A program made the position numbers and the translations under genes. A stretch of 64,000 nucleotides of DNA from Bdellovibrionota bacterium (GTDB taxonomy: Bacteria; Bdellovibrionota; UBA1018; CAIPTA01; JAALKR01): NCBI GenBank assembly GCA_965207455.1, contig CBDBMJ010000001.1:704001-768000 (forward strand), given 5' to 3'. Below, one piece after another: positions 57,491 through 64,000 of this stretch. Each line of letters starts with the position of its first letter. Position 1 is the stretch's first letter. The notes under the pieces are model-generated. The model did no database searches. It had not been told where the DNA came from and saw only the letters and a program-made list of their open reading frames with translations.

Positions 57491-59559
57491 GGGTATACCT
57501 GCTTTAACTCTTCACAACACCGTTGGGCATCTTTGGTCGCAATTCCTAATAAAATTCCTCCTGAGGTTTGGGGATCGTGGAGAATGGAAGGAGCTCCAGG
57601 CAAGGCAGGGAAATTCTTCCTTTCCATGCGACTGTAATAGCCACGGTTTCGTAAATCACTTGCTATCTCTAGCACAGGAATTTGAGACATGTCTAAAGAA
57701 GCTCCCATACGACTAGCTATTAACATATTTTTTAAATGCCTCAAAAAACCAAAACCAGACACATCCGTTGATCCACCTATTTTATATTTTTTTAAAATCT
57801 CCATTGCAAATACCTGACTTTGTCCCATTTGCTCTATTAGTTGAGCAAAGTCGATACCGGATACAGCAAAGCGCATGGCTGCTGCGAGAATAATCCCTGT
57901 TCCTAAGGGTTTAGTAAGTATAATTTTATCTCCGGGTTGAAGCGTTCCATTTCCCCATGCCTGGGATTCTTCCTGCTTTCCTAAAAGAAAAAATCCCACT
58001 TGAGATTCTTCACCTTCTATCGTATGTCCTCCCACAAGCTCAATTCCCTCTGGCTCCATTACGGACTGAGCACCTGCTAAAATAAAACGCATTTCATTTA
58101 CTGCCATCTCTTCCTTTTGCTTTTGAAGCATTATGTTTGCCAGTGCGTATTGAGGCTTCACTCCTTTGGCGTAAAGGTCCGAACAAGCATTTACAGCAGC
58201 GATTCTTCCAAAATGATAGGGATTGGCTCCAAAGTTTTTAAATTGATCCACGGTAAGACCAATGGTTTCTGCTCCCATTGTTACTACGGCAATATCATCT
58301 CCTTCTTCCACTCCTAAGCGCACCCCTTTAGAATTGCTTAATTTTAGAATATCAAGGGATTTATCCAGTACACTTGCACTCACCTTGCAGCCACATCCTC
58401 CGCAATTTGGATCTTTCATGGGGTCCAATGGCTCAAACGTATATTTCTCCATAAACCTACGATCAATCCAATCCTTTAAATTCCAATACATTGAGCCCAT
58501 ACTCTTAAAGAACTTATACTCAACAATGGCTTTTTCATCACCAAGGTTAAGTAAACGTAGGTAACTCTTCTGAGGACGGTAGTTTTTCATCCTAAGACCG
58601 CTTTCTTTTATGGTTTCCAAGAGGTTATAAAACAATATGGGTGCTTGTCGTACTGGGTATACTCCAGCTTTATGGGTGGTGGGATAATTTTCCAATTCTG
58701 CACAATCGCCCACAGCAAAAATATTTGGAAAATCAGAAGCTTGTAGAGAATCTTTCACCCGTATCCACCCCTTGCCTTCCCTATCTAACAGACTATTTTG
58801 AAACAAGACATGGGAGGCAGCCCCTCCAGCCCAAACCATACGAGTGGCTGAGACCACTCCTTGATTTGTTTGTAACTCCAAACCATCTTCTCTAACGGAA
58901 ACATTCTCCAAGGTTATATTGTGCACTTCTATTCCTCTTTTTTCTAAGGCTCTACGCTGTAGAGGGTATAGAGTACTCGTGCGTTCCCAAAGTATGAGTT
59001 TGAGTTTCTTTTCTATATATTGGTTTTTATAGCGATTTCTTAGGGCTAGAGCAATTTCAAAGCCAGTGGCTCCAGCTCCAACGCAGATAATTTTTTCTTC
59101 TGACAAATTTTGTGAAGAATGAATTTCTTTATCCCAAATTTCTATGTTTTTTAAAATCTGAGACAAGGGGCGTGTGGCAATAATGCGTGTGGATGGTTCT
59201 GTGATTTTTTTGCTGGTGGAACCTATGTCGAAAGAAACCACATCGTAGGATAGATCAGGAAGCCCTTTCAGAGAAAGCTTTCGTTTCTTTGGATCACAGG
59301 CAGTAACAGAAGTTTGGTAAAATACGGCATTAGCTTTTTTACATAAATGGTCTAAATCAATACCAATATTGGTGTACTTGCCACTTAAAAGCCCAGGCAA
59401 CATTCCAGAGTAGTATGCATTTACGTCGGGAGAAATAAGGGTCACACGAACATTAGGTAAGGATGGCCAGCGACGCAAGACCTCCACATGGGCATGCCCT
59501 CCTCCCACCAGTACTAAGTGCTTATCTTTAAGAATAGGAAATTTAAGGGGTTGTGCCAT
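57424..59559 (-). CDS. selD: Selenophosphate synthetase fused to an N-terminal FAD/NAD(P) oxidoreductase
   Basis: LVGGGHAH, YSGMLPG, FAVGDCA, KAGVYPVRQ; SelD part CGGCGCK, GDD, SDLYAKG, GGHT, LTKPLGTG, TDVSGFG, DPQTSGG. Confidence 0.93.
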   Translation of the reverse strand: MAQPLKFPILKDKHLVLVGGGHAHVEVLRRWPSLPNVRVTLISPDVNAYYSGMLPGLLSGKYTNIGIDLDHLCKKANAVFYQTSVTACDPKKRKLSLKGLPDLSYDVVSFDIGSTSKKITEPSTRIIATRPLSQILKNIEIWDKEIHSSQNLSEEKIICVGAGATGFEIALALRNRYKNQYIEKKLKLILWERTSTLYPLQRRALEKRGIEVHNITLENVSVREDGLELQTNQGVVSATRMVWAGGAASHVLFQNSLLDREGKGWIRVKDSLQASDFPNIFAVGDCAELENYPTTHKAGVYPVRQAPILFYNLLETIKESGLRMKNYRPQKSYLRLLNLGDEKAIVEYKFFKSMGSMYWNLKDWIDRRFMEKYTFEPLDPMKDPNCGGCGCKVSASVLDKSLDILKLSNSKGVRLGVEEGDDIAVVTMGAETIGLTVDQFKNFGANPYHFGRIAAVNACSDLYAKGVKPQYALANIMLQKQKEEMAVNEMRFILAGAQSVMEPEGIELVGGHTIEGEESQVGFFLLGKQEESQAWGNGTLQPGDKIILTKPLGTGIILAAAMRFAVSGIDFAQLIEQMGQSQVFAMEILKKYKIGGSTDVSGFGFLRHLKNMLIASRMGASLDMSQIPVLEIASDLRNRGYYSRMERKNFPALPGAPSILHDPQTSGGILLGIATKDAQRCCEELKQVYPYSAIVGEVCSVPEEGWGTVKI

Positions 59560-61078
59560 AAAATTGAACCATATAATAATTCTTTTCTAACGGAGCAAGG
59601 CTTTGTTTTTGCCATGCATCTCTCCAAGGAAACTCTCCACTCCACTCCTGCCACCTGTTCTCTTTATGAGTTAGAGATGGATAGTGTTGTCGAGCAAATA
59701 CTTTGAGACGATTCAAGTCCTCCTCCCCTGATACCACAATCCTATCCCCTTGCCTAATTGATTGAGCCAATTCATTCTGGGTTTGTAGGGTTCTTACGGG
59801 TATGCGAAAAAAGGTAATTTTTCCTCTCAGCGCTTTGTTTTTTTGACCTTGCTTACTTGGATCATAGTACGTCAGGGCTTGTTCTTTATCAGGGGAAAAA
59901 AATGTTTCTGTCACACGTTTTTTATCTCTCTGGCCTAAATCCATCAATAAAATGCCCACTCCTAAAAAAAGCCAAATACTCCTTTTAGCTATTGCCATGG
60001 GACGAGATAGATGGAATCTGGTCGCTTCGTTCCAAAAACCTTTTGCTGTTAGGACAACCCCTACCCAGAAAAAAGGTAGTGTCCAGTTCGACCACCAAAG
60101 AGGAAGAGGTTTAAAATGGTCTATAACTACAGTCAACCCAACAGCAAACAGTAAAAGAGCTATCGCCGTAAGGACTAAAGAACTTGTATAGTATTTAGAG
60201 AATTTTTCTGAACAGGTAGACCACAGAGCCACTATAATTAAAATCAGCCCAGCCATAAGGGGCAGACTGCCCCATAATCCCATTAAAGGAAAGATAGATA
60301 AACCCAAAACAATTAGGCGTGATTGCTGGGGAAATTGCCAGAATTTTCTTTTCTTTTCTTTTACACAAATCAAGCAATAACGAGTAAAACGAATAACACC
60401 ATCTCCATAGGCAACCAAAGCAATGAAAGTCCAAGGAAACAGGTAATATGTAAAAGCAGGTACTATGGATCCCCAATTCGCATTGGGGATAAGTGGTGCA
60501 TCTCTATTAAAATCAAAGAGGAGGGCAAGCATATAAGGAACTAATGCTGTGGATATGGCTAAAAAGAATTTTGTTTTTTTATATAGGCGCGCCCGGAGCT
60601 CGCCCATACAAAACCAAAAGAATAAAGCACATAGACCCATTGCTGGAATAAGTACGGGAGAGTATAGCGTTCCCATCACTCCCACAAAAACCCAAAATTT
60701 CCAATCTCCCTCTCCCCTATCGCTTTTATTTAAAAAATATAGGGTAATTGCCAATAGAGCTGTTAATCCAGCATGGGCAGAAAATATAAGGGAGAATATA
60801 CCTGCGTTTATAGCAAAAACTAATCCTGCCCAAAAAGACCAGTCGGATCGATCTAGGTTTGCATTGACAATAGATATAATGGATAAAGAACCCAATACAA
60901 TAAGAATAAAATGTATATCATTATATCCTAAAGAGTTTTGAAATAAGGAGGAACCCATAAAAGGGAGATATACTATTCCCACCAGAAAAATAAAAAATAA
61001 CCAAGAGAATTTTATTGTCGGTAAAACGTTGGAACTATTTTTTTGATGTATTTCTTTTTTTGCAATATTTTTCTTCAT
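59543..61078 (-). CDS. Polytopic membrane protein, possibly a divergent ArnT/GT39-like glycosyltransferase
   Basis: About 12 TM, YYLFPWTF motif, C-terminal soluble tail; similarity judged by eye only. Confidence 0.4.
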   Translation of the reverse strand: MKKNIAKKEIHQKNSSNVLPTIKFSWLFFIFLVGIVYLPFMGSSLFQNSLGYNDIHFILIVLGSLSIISIVNANLDRSDWSFWAGLVFAINAGIFSLIFSAHAGLTALLAITLYFLNKSDRGEGDWKFWVFVGVMGTLYSPVLIPAMGLCALFFWFCMGELRARLYKKTKFFLAISTALVPYMLALLFDFNRDAPLIPNANWGSIVPAFTYYLFPWTFIALVAYGDGVIRFTRYCLICVKEKKRKFWQFPQQSRLIVLGLSIFPLMGLWGSLPLMAGLILIIVALWSTCSEKFSKYYTSSLVLTAIALLLFAVGLTVVIDHFKPLPLWWSNWTLPFFWVGVVLTAKGFWNEATRFHLSRPMAIAKRSIWLFLGVGILLMDLGQRDKKRVTETFFSPDKEQALTYYDPSKQGQKNKALRGKITFFRIPVRTLQTQNELAQSIRQGDRIVVSGEEDLNRLKVFARQHYPSLTHKENRWQEWSGEFPWRDAWQKQSLAPLEKNYYMVQFYGTTP

Positions 61079-61907
61079 TTTTTAATTTTTTTAAGTATTC
61101 CCTATACTCTGCTAAAGAATACTCTTCCCGTACCCCTATTCGCCGTTGGATTTCCTTTTCAGAAACCTTCTTCTTTAACCATTGTACAATAGCAAAATGA
61201 CGCAGTGTTTTTGGCTTCATTTCAGGATATCCCAGACGACCAGCCACCCTAGAAAATAAAAGCTCCACTCCCCTTGGAGTCATTCGTAGGCTAATGAGTC
61301 CATGGCGGTTATACCCTGGAAATAAAAAATTTCCTGAATGATGGGTTCGCCACAGCTTGAGTATTCTCTGCAACGAGACAGAAGCCCTCAAATAACGTTC
61401 TCTTTTACCTGGTATTTTCAATCCAGACCCATCCCAGTGGGTCCAGCGCAAAGAACAAAGTTCAGAGATCATAATTCCCATTTCTCCCAAGATTTTCACT
61501 ACGAGTACATTTCTGCAACCTAAAGGTGTTTTTTGGGAAAAAGCTCCATAAAATCGACGGTAGTCTTTTGGCCTTGGCAACCAAGGTAGTTTTTCTATGG
61601 CTTGGGGAGGACGAATAAATTTTGCTGGAGAAATTTCGATTTTTTTTCGAGAATATGCATAACGATACAGCGATCGTGCTGTAATGAGTTTTCGCCTACG
61701 GGTATTGGTCTTCAAACCCCTATCTAATAAATAATTGTGATAGCTCTCAAAATCCCGCTTCATGACTTTTAAAAATGGGATTTTCTTCTTTTTTAAAAAC
61801 TCTTGGAAAACAAGGATATCTCCCTGATAGGAAGAGATAGTCGAACGAGCCTTCCCCGTACCCTCTAAAAACCCCAAGTAGCTTTTAAGGATTTTCTCCA
61901 TAGCCAT
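61035..61907 (-). CDS. XerC/D-like tyrosine recombinase homologue with degenerate active site
   Basis: SAM domain (TISSYQGD, TRRRKLITARSLY); GIMISEL (Arg lost), PKTLRH (His lost), IGVRE (His/Trp lost). Confidence 0.8.
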   Translation of the reverse strand: MAMEKILKSYLGFLEGTGKARSTISSYQGDILVFQEFLKKKKIPFLKVMKRDFESYHNYLLDRGLKTNTRRRKLITARSLYRYAYSRKKIEISPAKFIRPPQAIEKLPWLPRPKDYRRFYGAFSQKTPLGCRNVLVVKILGEMGIMISELCSLRWTHWDGSGLKIPGKRERYLRASVSLQRILKLWRTHHSGNFLFPGYNRHGLISLRMTPRGVELLFSRVAGRLGYPEMKPKTLRHFAIVQWLKKKVSEKEIQRRIGVREEYSLAEYREYLKKLKNEEKYCKKRNTSKK

Positions 61908-62056
61908 AAGAAAGAGTGTATCCTGTTCTCCTCGCTTTATCCATTGTTTATCACCACACCCATAGTCCGACTAAAATAATCCAGCTTAGTCCATTTTCCA
62001 TCAAATAAACAATTTATTCATTGATGCATGCTCTTCTATATAGAATAATTAAAGTT

Positions 62057-62779
62057 ATGAGACTTTTTCTACTTTTCATATTGCTATTTCCTTTGCCTGA
62101 AGCCTTTGCCCAAAAATGGGATTCTGAAAAAGTAACAACAAAGGAAGAAGATCTAAGAAAGGAGTTGGAAGATTATCAAGCAGCTAAAGAAAAAAGAGAA
62201 AATATTACTTTTATAAAAGAGCATTTATTTTACGACTATGCCAATCAGCACATTGGTATTGATTTTATTTTCAACGATCTAGACCAATTCAACCACTCCA
62301 ACCAATCCGACACTCAAAGTAATTTTAGTACCTATTCTGTGAACCTATCCTACGCCCATTTTCTATTACAAAACAAACTTATGGGACGACTAGGTCTTGG
62401 TCTACACTCGGGATTCACATTTATTAAAGACACAAGCTCAGAGGACAGTGTTATTAAGCATCGTTTTACGACAATAGGTCCATTCATCACCTATGAAGCA
62501 AAGTTTCTTATTGGCCAGTTCTTTGTTCCTTTTGTAAATATTGGTTATGACGTTGTTTTTAATGGTACCGACATTGGAAATAAAAATTTTAATACTTTTG
62601 TTTGGAGTGGAGGAGTTTTGTTAAACTTAAATCGACTGGACACAAAGACAGCATCAGATGCTCTAGCCAACACAGGAATTCGAAAATTTGACCTTTCCAT
62701 TACTCTCTCTTCACGAAATGGAGAGCAGGATACGGAGTCCAGTAAAGCGATCGGGTTGGGGCTACGCTTTGAATATTAA
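62057..62779 (+). CDS. Outer membrane beta-barrel protein
   Basis: Signal peptide from MRLFLL, beta strands, C-terminal beta-signal GLGLRFEY. Confidence 0.65.
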   Translation: MRLFLLFILLFPLPEAFAQKWDSEKVTTKEEDLRKELEDYQAAKEKRENITFIKEHLFYDYANQHIGIDFIFNDLDQFNHSNQSDTQSNFSTYSVNLSYAHFLLQNKLMGRLGLGLHSGFTFIKDTSSEDSVIKHRFTTIGPFITYEAKFLIGQFFVPFVNIGYDVVFNGTDIGNKNFNTFVWSGGVLLNLNRLDTKTASDALANTGIRKFDLSITLSSRNGEQDTESSKAIGLGLRFEY

Positions 62780-62783
62780 ACGC

Positions 62784-62812
62784 TTGCTTGCAGGGGTTAG
62801 GTTTCATATAAT
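62784..62812 (+). promoter_or_regulatory. Sigma70 promoter of tRNA-Leu
   Basis: TTGCTT-N17-TATAAT. Confidence 0.7.
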
Positions 62813-62830
62813 CATTCAAACATAGGAACT

Positions 62831-62917
62831 GCCCAGGTGCTGGAATTGGTAGACAGGATGCGTTGAGGGCGCATTGTCCGTAAGGTCGTGAAGGTTCAAA
62901 TCCTTTCCTGGGCACCA
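62831..62917 (+). tRNA. tRNA-Leu (GAG)
   Basis: Acceptor GCCCAGG/CCTGGGC, D-loop TGGTAGAC, anticodon arm ATGCG-TTGAGGG-CGCAT, long variable arm, GGTTCAAATCC, encoded CCA. Confidence 0.97.
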
Positions 62918-63027
62918 ACAAACACTATTTTTTTTATTCTCTTAAAATTCTAACTTTCACCAATAAAGACAATACATGTTTTTCATATTGGATGACAGCT
63001 TAACAAATTAGCTGAGGAGAAATTATC

Positions 63028-64000
63028 GTGTATCAATTTTTATTTAGAAAAATATTTTTTCGAGTAAAGTCCATAATGTTATTATTTTCTATTGTTATAT
63101 TTAATGGCTGTGGCAGTGACACGCTTTTAAAAAAGTCAGTAAAGATACTAAATTTATCACTTATAGCTTCAAGTCCATCAAATAGCAATACAGCGCCCAA
63201 TTTTCTTGTGTCTAATGTGGACGATGGCGCTCTAGTAAGCCTATATACTGATAATCAATGTACAGAGGTAAACAAAGTAGTATCAGGCACAGCTAGTAGC
63301 GACTCTATTGAACTGACAGTTGCTCTAAGTAATGATGGTGTCTATACCTATTATGCAAAGCAGGTGAGTGGAACTGGCACTATTTCTTCTTGCTCCAATG
63401 GTGTAAGTTATATATTAGACACAATGGTTGCTATGCCCACTTTATCGCTAGTAACATCTAGTCCCTCTAGTAATCCCACTCCAACTTTTAGTCTGGGGAG
63501 TTTAGAAGTCGAAGGTAACGTTAGATTATATTCTGACGATAGCTGCAACACTTTGGTACAGGATTCGATTGAGATAACCGAAGAAAGCATGGAGATAGAT
63601 CTATCTACAGCTTTGCTTAATTACGATACCTATACTTATTCTACAAAACAAACGGATCGAGCGGGAAATTTATCAAATTGCTCTAGTGCTATATCTTATG
63701 AATTTATCGATACTAGTTTTGAATCCGTTTGGCATGTCGGAAGTTCAAGACATGGAGATGGAAATCGAAGCGTTACCCTTCCTCTAAGAGAGAATGATGG
63801 AAACGGAAAGAACTTTGAATACGATTTTACCGTTGATTGGGGTGATGACTCTCAACCTCAAGCAATTACTGCTTATAGCGCTGATATTACTCATAACTAT
63901 GAACATGCAGGAAAGTACACAATTAAAATAACAGGTCCAAAGTTTCCGGCTTGGTATTTTAATAGTAGCGGAGATAAAAATAAAATTATTGAAGTAAAAA
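63028..64000 (+). CDS. Large surface lipoprotein, partial: two Ig-like repeats plus a PKD domain (typical of BspA/DUF285 proteins)
   Basis: Not in ORF track. RBS GAGGAG, GTG start, lipobox FNGC, two Cys-containing repeats (LYTDNQC / LYSDDSC; KQTDRAGNLSNCS), then YDFTVDWGD...THNYEHAGKYTIKITG; open to window end. Confidence 0.75.
   Translation, partial: MYQFLFRKIFFRVKSIMLLFSIVIFNGCGSDTLLKKSVKILNLSLIASSPSNSNTAPNFLVSNVDDGALVSLYTDNQCTEVNKVVSGTASSDSIELTVALSNDGVYTYYAKQVSGTGTISSCSNGVSYILDTMVAMPTLSLVTSSPSSNPTPTFSLGSLEVEGNVRLYSDDSCNTLVQDSIEITEESMEIDLSTALLNYDTYTYSTKQTDRAGNLSNCSSAISYEFIDTSFESVWHVGSSRHGDGNRSVTLPLRENDGNGKNFEYDFTVDWGDDSQPQAITAYSADITHNYEHAGKYTIKITGPKFPAWYFNSSGDKNKIIEVK

Noticed and set aside
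57424..59559. Selenocysteine recoding in selD or neighbouring genes
   Set aside because: The SelD active motif is Cys-encoded, and TGA codons checked were terminal, with no convincing downstream continuation.
62700..62921. 73-aa minus ORF MLVPRKGFEPSRPYGQ...
   Set aside because: Typical antisense translation of the tRNA-Leu gene.
1..64000. CRISPR array, rRNA or IS element
   Set aside because: No regularly spaced repeats, rRNA-like tracts or transposase ORFs seen.

Overview
AT-rich bacterial chromosome segment with Bdellovibrionota/deltaproteobacterial-type gene content (taxonomy inferred, not searched). It holds a full gspC-N type II secretion operon (gspN cut by the window edge), envelope genes (psd, dedA, tolC, bamB-yfgM, lnt), a small island of secreted proteins behind a duplicated promoter, prfC, phnDCE, xth, metG, prkA-yeaH-spoVR, secA, tex, selU/selD, tRNA-Leu(GAG) and the start of a large Ig/PKD lipoprotein. 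The main non-gene signal is that the window appears to span the replication terminus: a canonical-looking dif site at 17619-17646, KOPS motifs (GGGNAGGG) converging on it, and GC skew changing sign. About 12 kb away an intact non-XerC/D tyrosine recombinase carries its own near-perfect 12-6-12 palindromic dif-like site just upstream and possibly an N-terminal amphipathic helix. A second, apparently catalytically dead recombinase lies at 61 kb. Other leads are a bacterial Tsr3/DTW-like RNA-modification gene, sigma54 and sigma28 promoters, and a DUF4105 protein with a decayed zincin motif. All calls are by eye; no database searches were run.
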